A stretch of 64,000 bases of DNA, taken from assembly GCA_964383505.1 (NCBI GenBank), contig CAYLHB010000001.1, positions 1,232 to 65,231 on the forward strand, read 5' to 3'. The notes beneath the pieces were generated by a model, which worked only from the letters and a program-made list of their open reading frames with translations, had not been told where the DNA came from and ran no database searches. This stretch comes from an uncultured Candidatus Saccharibacteria bacterium (GTDB lineage: Bacteria; Patescibacteriota; Minisyncoccia; Phycocordibacterales; UBA12088). The first letter of the stretch is position 1. Each line of letters starts with the position of its first letter. Shown in pieces: positions 10,176-19,280 of this stretch. The position numbers and the translations under genes were made by a program.

Positions 10176-10712
10176 ATGAACCTATGGCACGATATCCCTC
10201 TTGGCAAAAATGCGCCGGAGGAATTCAACACAATTATTGAGATACCGAAGGGTTCCTACAATAAATATGAGATAGACAAGGAGACGGGTCTCATCGCGCT
10301 CGACCGCGCAAACTACACCGCTGCTCCCTATCCCTTCGATTACGGGTTCGCTCCCCAGACCTACTGGGAGGACAACGACCCTTTGGACGTGGTGGTACTC
10401 ACCACCTTCCCCCTTTCCGCGGGCATACTTGTAAAGGTGCGCCCCGTCGCGGTACTCGACATGATTGATGACGGCGACTCCGACATGAAGGTGCTCGCGG
10501 TCCCGGCGGATGACAGGCGATGGGACGATGTAAGCGACCTTGCCGACCTCAACAAGCACAACCTCAAAGAGTATGAGCACTTCTTCCAAACCTACAAGGC
10601 GCTCAAAGGAAAGCCCGCACCAGTCGAGACGCGCGGGTACAAAAGCAAATTGGAGACCTTGGAAATTGTGCGAAAGGCAATCGCACTCTATCAAGAGAAG
10701 TTTGGGAAGTAG
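10176..10712 (+). CDS. ppa: Inorganic pyrophosphatase (family I)
   Basis: IEIPKGS.NKYE, YGFAPQT and DNDPLDV motifs. Confidence 0.96.
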   Translation: MNLWHDIPLGKNAPEEFNTIIEIPKGSYNKYEIDKETGLIALDRANYTAAPYPFDYGFAPQTYWEDNDPLDVVVLTTFPLSAGILVKVRPVAVLDMIDDGDSDMKVLAVPADDRRWDDVSDLADLNKHNLKEYEHFFQTYKALKGKPAPVETRGYKSKLETLEIVRKAIALYQEKFGK

Positions 10713-10834
10713 ATAAAATAATAGGGTGTGCCGAATGGATTCTCGCAATCCACACATCCCCCCATCCGCCACGCATCGTCGGGGCGGTTTTGGTATACTG
10801 GCAGTACTTACTAGTAAGTAGTTTTTTTATACCT

Positions 10835-11569
10835 ATGACTCAAACAGTCACTCGTCATTCAGGAGTCGCCTTGGGCGTCGTCGCATTCGCGCTCCTTGCG
10901 ACACTCGCACTCGTCGCAGAAGCACAGGAGTCCAACACACTACGAGAAGAGCGACGAACGCTCTATAATGAAAATCAAACACAACGAGAAGACCTCCGGA
11001 ATGAACAAAGGGATGAACGAGACGCCATGCGCATGGGTAGCACCACTCCTGGGGATGCGCGCACACTCTACAAGGAACAGATGGAGGAGCGGAGGGCACT
11101 CTTTCAAGAGAACAGTGGCGAGCGGCAGGCGTTTCGTAATGAAGCACAAGCGCGGGTGACCCAAAACATGTCACGCTTTCTCGCCCGCACCGTAGAGCTT
11201 ATGAACCGAATGACCGTTTGGTTGGGAGAGGTGAGTGTGAAGATAGAGGGTCGTATTGCAAAAATTGAGGCGCAGGGCGCAGATGTATCAACTGCACAAA
11301 TCTTGCTGGGAGAGGCGAATAGCGCGCTCGGTGCAGCAAAGGAGAGTATCACCACACTAGAGATGACACTCAACGATGCTGTAGCTTCAGAAGATCCTAC
11401 AAGCAAGCAAGAGGAGATTCGTACGTTGATGAAAAATGCGCGCGATGCGCTTGTCGCGGCACGAGTCGCCTACGGCGACGTCGTTGCTGAGCTTAGAAAA
11501 TTGGTTGATGGTAAACGCACCCAACAGTCTGGTAATTCGGCTCCCACCATCGAGCAAAGTGTTGAGTAA
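10835..11569 (+). CDS. Hypothetical secreted/membrane-anchored coiled-coil protein
   Basis: N-terminal hydrophobic segment followed by long E/R/Q-rich helical heptads. Confidence 0.75.
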   Translation: MTQTVTRHSGVALGVVAFALLATLALVAEAQESNTLREERRTLYNENQTQREDLRNEQRDERDAMRMGSTTPGDARTLYKEQMEERRALFQENSGERQAFRNEAQARVTQNMSRFLARTVELMNRMTVWLGEVSVKIEGRIAKIEAQGADVSTAQILLGEANSALGAAKESITTLEMTLNDAVASEDPTSKQEEIRTLMKNARDALVAARVAYGDVVAELRKLVDGKRTQQSGNSAPTIEQSVE

Positions 11570-11594
11570 CTCTTAATTTGTAACCTCTATAATT

Positions 11595-12020
11595 ATGGAT
11601 GAACAAAACAACACACCAGCCACAACGGAACAATCCGCGCATGCAGACGCAACACCTCAAGTATCGGAAGACACCCACACACGCTCGCTCGTGCTCGTGC
11701 TTGCCGGATTGGTCGTTCTCTTGCTCCTGTTTGGTATCTACCTGTGGGGTTCGAGTATGACAAGCGTAGAAGACATACCGTATCCTGAAGAACTTCCCGT
11801 TCCGCCAACCAATCCATCTATTCCCACAGAAGCACTTGACGAGTTGTCCCAGGAACTGCCACCCCTTTCACCGAGCGACGAGGTAGATGCACTTGAGGCC
11901 GATTTGAATGCCCTCGATATTGATGGTCTCGATGCCGAGTTTGAGGCACTTGAACGCGAGCTTGACGCCGCCGCTAAAAGTCTCGAAGAGACTTCATCAG
12001 AAACACTTGAGGTGCAGTAA
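11595..12020 (+). CDS. Hypothetical single-pass membrane protein with acidic C-terminus
   Basis: One TM helix (LVLVLAGLVVLLLLFGIYLW) and a SDEVDALEADL acidic tail. Confidence 0.75.
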   Translation: MDEQNNTPATTEQSAHADATPQVSEDTHTRSLVLVLAGLVVLLLLFGIYLWGSSMTSVEDIPYPEELPVPPTNPSIPTEALDELSQELPPLSPSDEVDALEADLNALDIDGLDAEFEALERELDAAAKSLEETSSETLEVQ

Positions 12021-12075
12021 GGGTGCGATCTTTCTGGAGTTTGCGTTTTCTCTCACGCCACGATAGACTCGTGCG

Positions 12076-13146
12076 ATGTCTGGTCATACCCACGAGCACG
12101 CGCTCTGCGCCAACGTACGGCTTGAGCGTAAACCCGATTCATTGGCGGTTCTTAAGGGTGAGATACCCGTTACTACCATTGCCGCGTACCGCACCAAAGC
12201 GCTCCACCACCTCGGAAAATATGTCGAGCTACCCGGCTTTCGCAAGGGGCACGTGCCGGTCGAACGACTCGTGGCGCATGTGGGCGAGCCTCGCATACTT
12301 GAAGAAACTGCGGAGCTGGTGCTCGACCACGGCTACGGCCACCTTGTAGAAGAGCACCGCTTGCGTCCGATTACACGCCCCGCCATCACGCTCACCAAAC
12401 TGGCGTTGGGAAACCCGATTGAGTTTACAATCGAGGTCCCCATCTACCCGGAGCTTACCCTGCCCGACTACAAAGTGCTCGCACAGCAGGTGGTGAGAGA
12501 GCATGGAGATGTGGACGCACAGGTGGTTTCTGACGCCGAAGCGCAGGAGGAAATCACCCGTTTACGAAAAATGCTTGGTAACGCGGACGCAAGCACGCCT
12601 GAGGCAGAGCTACCCGCGTTCGACGATGGTGTGGTGCGCTCGCTCGGCGATTTCAAAGACGTTGCGGATTTCACCAAACAGCTGAAGCAGAGGTTACTCG
12701 AAGAAAAGAAACGCTCTGCGTGTGAAAAGCGCCGTATCGCTATCGCGGATACCCTCGTGAAAGCGACGAAGGGAGAGATTCCCGCCGTCATGGTGGACCA
12801 TGAGCTTGAGCGGATGAAGTACGAATTTGAGCACACGCTCGCGCAGATGGGCGCGTCGTGGAATGACTACACTGCGCGCCAGGGGAAAACGGACGATGAG
12901 GTGAGGGCGAGCTGGCGCGAGGATGCCCGCAAGCGCGTGCTCCTCGACCTTACCCTCATGGAGATTGCTCGCAAGGAGAGTATTTTCCCTGATGCTGATG
13001 CGGTGGAACAGCAGGTACGTGGCATCGTCGCGCGCCACCCCGACGTGAATGAGGAGAACGTGCGCACCCACATCGTTGCCTCACACACCAATGACGCGGT
13101 ATTCGCCTTCTTGGAAGCTGGCGCGGTCCCCGCAAATGTTGCATAG
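12076..13146 (+). CDS. tig: Trigger factor (short form, PPIase domain largely absent)
   Basis: LPGFRKGHVP ribosome-binding signature; 356 aa; precedes clpP. Confidence 0.92.
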   Translation: MSGHTHEHALCANVRLERKPDSLAVLKGEIPVTTIAAYRTKALHHLGKYVELPGFRKGHVPVERLVAHVGEPRILEETAELVLDHGYGHLVEEHRLRPITRPAITLTKLALGNPIEFTIEVPIYPELTLPDYKVLAQQVVREHGDVDAQVVSDAEAQEEITRLRKMLGNADASTPEAELPAFDDGVVRSLGDFKDVADFTKQLKQRLLEEKKRSACEKRRIAIADTLVKATKGEIPAVMVDHELERMKYEFEHTLAQMGASWNDYTARQGKTDDEVRASWREDARKRVLLDLTLMEIARKESIFPDADAVEQQVRGIVARHPDVNEENVRTHIVASHTNDAVFAFLEAGAVPANVA

Positions 13147-13232
13147 AATTAGAACACAACAACCTCCCAGCAAAGCACTTCGTTGCGATGCTGTCAAAAC
13201 CTGCTACACTACGTGGGTAACCTATTCTCACT

Positions 13233-13841
13233 ATGTCACACACCAAAACACAGAACATGCTTATCCCTATGGTCATCGAGAAGACCCAGCACGGGGAACG
13301 AGCGTACGATATATACTCCCGCCTCCTCAAGGAGCGGATTATTTTCATTGACGGGGTCATCGAGGACCACACCGCAAACCTCGTGGTGGCTCAACTCCTG
13401 TTCCTCGCGGCGGAAGACCCCAAGAAAGATGTGCAGATCTATGTCAACTCACCCGGTGGGTCGGTTACCGCTGGACTCGCGATTCTCGACACCATGAACT
13501 ACATAAAGCCGGACGTGTCGACGGTCTGTGTCGGTCTCGCCGCCTCAATGGCATCTGTTATCCTCGCCGCGGGGTCAAGAGGGAAGCGATTTGCCCTCCT
13601 CAACAGCGAGGTGATGATTCATCAGCCATGGGGCGGGGTGCAAGGGCAGGCGTCTGACATTGAGATTACCGCGCGACACATCCTCGCCACCCGTGACCGC
13701 CTCAACAAGATTCTTGCGAAAGCGACCGGCCAAACGCTCGAAAAGATTGAGAAGGACGTCGACCGCGACTTCTTTATGACCGCAGAGGAAGCGAAGAAGT
13801 ACGGCATCATCGACCAAATTCACAAAGGGAAAGCAGCGTAG
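13233..13841 (+). CDS. clpP: ATP-dependent Clp protease proteolytic subunit
   Basis: [27 protein letters not shown] and MIHQP motifs (alternative start 13257). Confidence 0.97.
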   Translation: MSHTKTQNMLIPMVIEKTQHGERAYDIYSRLLKERIIFIDGVIEDHTANLVVAQLLFLAAEDPKKDVQIYVNSPGGSVTAGLAILDTMNYIKPDVSTVCVGLAASMASVILAAGSRGKRFALLNSEVMIHQPWGGVQGQASDIEITARHILATRDRLNKILAKATGQTLEKIEKDVDRDFFMTAEEAKKYGIIDQIHKGKAA

Positions 13842-14074
13842 CGCCCTCCTCGAGCCGTTTTTGCGTACCGCATATTTTCTGCTATACTCCAACTACGTCA
13901 TTGTATTGATAATTTAGGAACTTTTAATTGATGTTCCGCTCCGGTATGCGTTCTCACACTACGACACTTTCGCCCGCATCACTTTCACGAAATTGCTTTT
14001 TCGTGGCTCAAGATATGGCTATTGTGCGTATTTTGCACCAGTAAGAACACGTGCGGCGCGGGACCATCCCGCTT

Positions 14075-15604
14075 ATGTCACCACTACTTATAGTCGCCAC
14101 GCTCCTCATCGCAGGGGGTGCGGGCGTCGCACTCGGCTACTACCTGCGCGTCATTGTTGCGGCAGGAAAGAAGGGCTCGATGGAGCTTGAAATCAAGCAA
14201 ATGATGCTTGAGGCGAAGGAGAAAGCAAAGAAAATTGAGGAAGAGGCAGAGAAAAAGATGAGGGAGGAAAAGAAGGAAGCGGAAAAGGAAATAAAGGAAA
14301 AGGAGGAGTTTGTGAAAAAAGCTGAAACACGCGTGCTTGACCGTGAGACATTCCTCGACAAACGACAGCAAGACCTCGACAAGGAGGTGGAACATGTGAA
14401 GAAAAAGATAGAGGAAGTGCACGCGGTTAAAGAGCGCGTGGATGCGCTCAAAAAGGAGCAAGAGCAAGCACTTGAACGCGTGGCGAGTCTTTCCGCCGAA
14501 GACGCGAAGCAGGAGCTCCTCGCAAAGGTGGAGCGTGAGGCGCAAGAAGATTTACTCGTGCGCATCCAGAAGTTCGACCAGCACGGCGCGGAAACGCTTG
14601 AGCGTAAAGCGAAAGACATTCTTACGACCGCCATTCACCGTCTCGGCAATGCGGTAACAACCGACGTACTCACCACCTCCATCACGCTCCCAAGCGAAGA
14701 GATCAAGGGTAAAATAATTGGAAAGGAGGGACGTAATATCCGTGCGTTTGAGCGCGCAACGGGCGTGGACGTGCTTATCGACGAGACTCCGGGCGTCATT
14801 ATTCTCTCATGCTTCGACCCGGTGCGTCGGCAAATCGCGCGAGTCGCGCTTGAGAACCTCATCATTGACGGGCGCATTCAACCGGCAAAAATCGAGGAAT
14901 CAGTGCAGAAAGCAACTGAAGAAATCAACCGCATCATCAAGGAAAAGGGCGAGCAGGCTGCCTACGAAGCGGGTGTGTTGGGGCTCGACCCTCGTGTGCT
15001 CATGATTCTCGGACGACTCCATTTCCGCACGAGCTACGGCCAAAACGTGCTGTACCACTCGATAGAAATGGCGCATATTTCCGGAATGCTCGCCGAGGAG
15101 CTCGGCGCCGATGTGCAGGTCGCCAAGGCGGGCGCGCTCGTGCATGACATAGGAAAGGCGGTGGACCAAGACGTACAGGGCACCCACGTTGAGATTGGGC
15201 GTAGGATACTCCAGAAGTTCAATACGGATGTGCGCATCATTCAAGCGATGCAGAGCCACCACGAGGAGTACCCCTATGAAACGCCGGAGAGCATCATCGT
15301 GCAGGTTGCAGACGCCATTTCCGGCGGGCGACCGGGTGCGCGACGTGACTCGGTGGAGAGCTACATCAAACGTCTCCAAGAGTTGGAGCAAATCGCAACC
15401 TCGTTTGAGGGCGTCGACAAAGCGTACGCCATTTCTGCGGGTCGTGAGGTGCGCGTATTCGTACGCCCCGATGAAATGAGCGACCTTCAAGCACGCGAGC
15501 TTGCGCGCAATATCGCAGTGCGTATTGAACAGGAGCTCAAGTACCCAGGTGAGATAAAAGTCGCCGTCATCCGCGAGAGCCGGGCGATAGAGTTTGCGAG
15601 GTAG
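14075..15604 (+). CDS. rny: Ribonuclease Y
   Basis: N-terminal TM, coiled coil, KH motif KGKIIGKEGRNIR, HD domain VHDIGK, ADAISGGRPGAR. Confidence 0.97.
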   Translation: MSPLLIVATLLIAGGAGVALGYYLRVIVAAGKKGSMELEIKQMMLEAKEKAKKIEEEAEKKMREEKKEAEKEIKEKEEFVKKAETRVLDRETFLDKRQQDLDKEVEHVKKKIEEVHAVKERVDALKKEQEQALERVASLSAEDAKQELLAKVEREAQEDLLVRIQKFDQHGAETLERKAKDILTTAIHRLGNAVTTDVLTTSITLPSEEIKGKIIGKEGRNIRAFERATGVDVLIDETPGVIILSCFDPVRRQIARVALENLIIDGRIQPAKIEESVQKATEEINRIIKEKGEQAAYEAGVLGLDPRVLMILGRLHFRTSYGQNVLYHSIEMAHISGMLAEELGADVQVAKAGALVHDIGKAVDQDVQGTHVEIGRRILQKFNTDVRIIQAMQSHHEEYPYETPESIIVQVADAISGGRPGARRDSVESYIKRLQELEQIATSFEGVDKAYAISAGREVRVFVRPDEMSDLQARELARNIAVRIEQELKYPGEIKVAVIRESRAIEFAR

Positions 15605-15613
15605 GCAAATGCA

Positions 15614-16192
15614 CTACTCCTCCTCGCGACGTGTGGCGACGATAAACGTCGTGTAGTTGAATTTCAAGTCCTGTACGGACTCTTCAAGCACTTCAAGACC
15701 ATAGAGCTCGGCACATGCCTTGGGAGCGATTACGGCGGTTGATGTCGAGAGAATGCCCTTGCCAAGATCGCTTGCTGCTTGTGCAGTATCTTTGTATTCC
15801 ACAAGCTCTATGCCCGGCCACTTGCGCTTGAGGTACATGCGACACTGCTTAAGTGCCTGATCATGGCTTGTTATTGAGGTAATATCATCGGCACGCGCGC
15901 CTGGTACCACAAGGAGGTTGTGGTGTACGTCCATTTCGAACATGCGTTCTATAGAGAACGTATAGCGTGCCATGGCATGTACCGCCTCAATGACAATACC
16001 ACCGTTACTGTTCTCAATGGGGAAAATTCCCCTTTGAATTGAGCCGTTTTTTAGCTCCTCAAGCACATTCGCCACTGACACAAGGTAGACAAGCTCACAC
16101 GAATTCAGATGCGCCAACTTCGCGTACATCCGCGATGCCTCCTCGGAAAAACTCCCTTTCGCACCGGAAAGTCCTATTTTCATTTGCAACAT
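15614..16192 (-). CDS. pheA: Prephenate dehydratase domain protein (stand-alone, no ACT or chorismate mutase domain)
   Basis: GAKGSFSEEA, PIENSNGG, SHDQALKQC and NYTTF motifs; start at 16192 follows a TATACT box by 7 nt. Confidence 0.82.
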   Translation of the reverse strand: MLQMKIGLSGAKGSFSEEASRMYAKLAHLNSCELVYLVSVANVLEELKNGSIQRGIFPIENSNGGIVIEAVHAMARYTFSIERMFEMDVHHNLLVVPGARADDITSITSHDQALKQCRMYLKRKWPGIELVEYKDTAQAASDLGKGILSTSTAVIAPKACAELYGLEVLEESVQDLKFNYTTFIVATRREEE

Positions 16193-16374
16193 AGTCGCGA
16201 GTATAGCAAAAAGAATTACATGACACACAACACCAGCGTACAAAAAAACTTTTTTTACCACACATACTCAATACTTCAAGGGGTGTGCATAACTATTGCG
16301 CAAAACGTGCCCGAATGTATACTTTTTTTAGGCCTATCACGCACAGGTTACATTACTCGATTAGTAAATCATCC

Positions 16375-16647
16375 ATGAACAAGCAGGATATCATTGAAAA
16401 AGTGCACGGTGTGCTCGGAAGCACCAAGGCGGACGCAGAACGCGCAGTTGAAACAATGATTGATTCCATCACCGCAGGGCTTAAGAGTGGCGATGAAGTT
16501 TCTATCGCAGGACTCGGCATTTTCTCAACTAAAGTGCGCCCCGCTCGTACGGGTCGCAATCCTCGCACCGGCGAGAGCATCAAGATTGCCGCAATGCGTG
16601 TACCGAAGTTCCGCGCCGCCAAGGGCCTTAAAGACAGTGTAAAATAA
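16375..16647 (+). CDS. hup: DNA-binding protein HU
   Basis: MNKQDII..., GLGIF, ARTGRNPRTGESI, VPKFRA. Confidence 0.96.
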   Translation: MNKQDIIEKVHGVLGSTKADAERAVETMIDSITAGLKSGDEVSIAGLGIFSTKVRPARTGRNPRTGESIKIAAMRVPKFRAAKGLKDSVK

Positions 16648-16694
16648 GGTTGAAAAATGTACACGGAAGTTGCAGAGCAAAACACAAAGACATA

Positions 16695-16722
16695 CAGCAA
16701 TCCGCCTCACGGCGGGTTGCTG
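16695..16722. terminator. Hairpin between convergent hup and rpsT
   Basis: CAGCAATCCGCC-TCAC-GGCGGGTTGCTG inverted repeat. Confidence 0.6.
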
Positions 16723-16798
16723 TGTGTTGGTTCTTGCAAACTACTCCACAATATTCAATTCAGCACGTTCTACGTTCTAGTTGCGTTGCACCCCAACA

Positions 16799-17116
16799 CT
16801 ACTCCGATGCGTTCGATTTGGCTTTCGCCTTACCTTTCCCTTTTTTCACAACCTCCTTCTGCTCGCGAAGCGCCCTGGTGAGGTGTGACTTCTTTCGCGC
16901 AGCAGTTCTCAGCTTTATGACACCGCGCTTTGCCGCTTTGTCTATCGCTTGGTAGGCCTTGGGTAAAAGTGCTATCGCTTCAGGGCCCTTTCCCGCTCCC
17001 GCAAGCTGGCGAATCTCCTTTATGGCTTCCTTCATAGCACGATTCCTGCGCATATTGAACAAGCGTTTCCGCCCTGATACGCGCATAGTTTTTTTCGCTG
17101 AAGATGTGATTGGCAT
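16799..17116 (-). CDS. rpsT: 30S ribosomal protein S20
   Basis: MPITSSAKK, AYQAIDKAAKRGVIK..TAARKKS. Confidence 0.96.
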   Translation of the reverse strand: MPITSSAKKTMRVSGRKRLFNMRRNRAMKEAIKEIRQLAGAGKGPEAIALLPKAYQAIDKAAKRGVIKLRTAARKKSHLTRALREQKEVVKKGKGKAKAKSNASE

Positions 17117-17273
17117 ACCTTGTTTTTGTTGTTACAGGAGAGTAGCACGACTCCGAAAAAACGCAAGCGTCCCGTGTATGATTTGCCTTACATACCACAC
17201 GTAAAGGCTAAAACATTTCTCGTACCTTTGATTATGCCTCCGCTTCGGACCCAAGCCGTACGAAAAGCAGTTT

Positions 17274-17416
17274 GCTTGTGTCGTCACGAGTCGCTAGGCG
17301 GATTCGTCGTGCCTCCTCATCCGCCAAGCGCTTGCGATCCCGCCTCGCGGTCTGCCTACGGCAGACATCGCTCCGGCTCGGACAAGCTAAAATCCTGACG
17401 CAGGTCAGGATTTTTT
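17274..17416 (-). repeat. Structured non-coding element immediately downstream of tRNA-Lys
   Basis: Nested hairpins GGCGGAT/ATCCGCC and GTCTGCC/GGCAGAC closed by GCTTGT/ACAAGC, plus AAAATCCTGAC/GTCAGGATTTT. Confidence 0.5.
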
Positions 17417-17424
17417 ATCGCTTG

Positions 17425-17497
17425 TCCGCCCAGAAGGATTCGAACCTTCGACCCGCGGCTTAAAAGGCCGTTGCTCTACCAGCTGAGCTATGGGCGG
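17425..17497 (-). tRNA. tRNA-Lys (anticodon TTT), CCA not encoded
   Basis: Reverse complement folds as a cloverleaf: acceptor CCGCCCA/TGGGCGG, D arm GCTC/GAGC, anticodon loop CTTTTAA, T loop TTCGAAT; followed by A-CAA. Confidence 0.96.
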
Positions 17498-17656
17498 ATA
17501 CTGCCTATTGTATTATGCTACTTTCTTGCCACCAACCGGCCTTTAAGGCTTAAGGGCGCTCGGGAGTTCCCCGAACTCCCTCGCCTTCACCAGCTTTGCT
17601 TAGGCAGTAAAAGCGGAGGGTGGGAAAATGGTACGACAAAAATGTTGGTGTGTCCA

Positions 17657-18034
17657 CTACAATGGCTGATCAAACGCGAAGGGTCCGGCACCAAGAAAGA
17701 GGAGTACAAGGGCTATGGTGCACATGAGAAGGAAAAGCGGCCGTTCGCCTTGTGTGCAAAGCGGGGGGAGGAAGAGTACTGGCGATGACGGATATCGCTA
17801 TCGTAAAAAGAGTGACTCCTTGGGTGAACAGTCCAAGCACGAAAAGTGTACCAGCGAAAACCTCGCCTGCGGACAGACCATACAAGAGTGCTCGTGAGCG
17901 CGAACCGTTTATGCCCCCGTGCGCTGTTGGTACAAACGAAATTTATAGACGATGAGGTACACACCGAGTGTCGCCTGAAGCAGAGTGGTTGTGAGTATAG
18001 AAAATGAGAATAGCTCAGGAAACAGTGAGTACAT
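17657..18034 (-). pseudogene. Frameshifted DoxX-like membrane protein gene
   Basis: Fragments in different frames: MYSLFPELFSFSILTTTLLQATLG / GEVFAGTLFVLGLFTQG / LVLLFLGAGPFAFDQPL*. Confidence 0.6.
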
Positions 18035-18125
18035 ACAAAATTTTTTCAAAGGTATAAATTGCCTCCAATACCTATATTGATGCGTATAGTGTAGCATGGG
18101 CGGATCTCCAAGATGCGGAGTGTGT

Positions 18126-18626
18126 ATGTCCGATCTCTACCTCGTACTCCACAATATTCGCAGCGCCTACAATGTGGGCGCGATTCTGCGGACTGCCGAC
18201 GGGGCGGGGGTGAAGAAGGTGTACCTGTGTGGCTATACGCCGACACCGTTCGATCGATTCGGGCGGGCTCGTGCCGATGTCGCGAAGGTGGCGCTTGGAG
18301 CTGAACGTATTGTGGTGTGGGAGTATTGTGAGGGTACAATTTCAATCCTCGAGAAGTTGCGAAGCGAAGGTGTAACGGTCGTCGGGCTTGAGCAGGACGC
18401 ATGCGCGGTACCAATCAATTTGTTCAAATGTGGTTCTCTCACCGCACTTGTCTTGGGCTCCGAAGTGGAAGGACTTTCCACCGAGGTGCTTCAGCATTGC
18501 GATGCGATTGTTGAAATCCCTATGTACGGCAAAAAAGAGTCACTCAATGTCTCCATTGCTGCTGGCATCGCGCTCTATGCTCTCCACTCTGCTCAGTTGA
18601 CCCACCCCACACGCACCAGTCAGTAA
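18126..18626 (+). CDS. TrmH/SpoU-family RNA methyltransferase
   Basis: LHNIRSAYNVGAILRTADG, LVLGSEVEG, IPMYGKKESLNVS (alternative start 18096). Confidence 0.93.
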   Translation: MSDLYLVLHNIRSAYNVGAILRTADGAGVKKVYLCGYTPTPFDRFGRARADVAKVALGAERIVVWEYCEGTISILEKLRSEGVTVVGLEQDACAVPINLFKCGSLTALVLGSEVEGLSTEVLQHCDAIVEIPMYGKKESLNVSIAAGIALYALHSAQLTHPTRTSQ

Positions 18627-18861
18627 TGCTGTGTTCAATTAGCCACCAGTAGGTTGTGGTCATTTTGTACTACTGGAGCACCACGAGTTACTGCAAGTCT
18701 GTTAGTGGCACCGAAAAACATGTCCTATGTAGTAAGCGTGAGATCCACATGCGTTGTTTGTAATCCTCTCGGACATAATGGGTAACCCATTTGTGATACT
18801 TATCCCCACCCACCCCACCATTTCCCCTCCACATTCCCTTGGGGGGGGGTAGAATAGCACC

Positions 18862-19218
18862 ATGGCGGACGAAACCTCCGAAGCTTCTGGTGCAACGCCA
18901 CATCACATAGAACCCCGCACCGCACTTCTTATCATTGCGGGTGTGGCGGTAGTCGCATTGGTTGTACTCATCTTCGTACTCAAACAAGACACCGAGATGG
19001 AGATGGAGGTAGCGCCACCAGCCCTCTCTGAAAAAGACCGTCGTGCACAAGAAGTGCGGAGAGAGTTTGCAAAGACGCTCGAGAGTACCCCCACCATGTC
19101 AGATGAAGAGGCGCGTGCCACACGTGAGGTGTTCAATGAAAGCATGCAGGATACAGAATCAAGCACTGACGAGGAGGCAATGGCCGCACGTGCGGAGTTT
19201 AGCCAATCCCCTCAATAG
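18862..19218 (+). CDS. Hypothetical single-pass membrane protein
   Basis: TM helix ALLIIAGVAVVALVVLIFVL, then short repeated helices (DEEARATR / DEEAMAAR); TAGAAT box 6 nt before ATG. Confidence 0.75.
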   Translation: MADETSEASGATPHHIEPRTALLIIAGVAVVALVVLIFVLKQDTEMEMEVAPPALSEKDRRAQEVRREFAKTLESTPTMSDEEARATREVFNESMQDTESSTDEEAMAARAEFSQSPQ

Positions 19219-19280
19219 TACCTACCATTCTTGAAGTTTGCTTATCCATATTACTACCACACCACTAACCCACCATCGCT

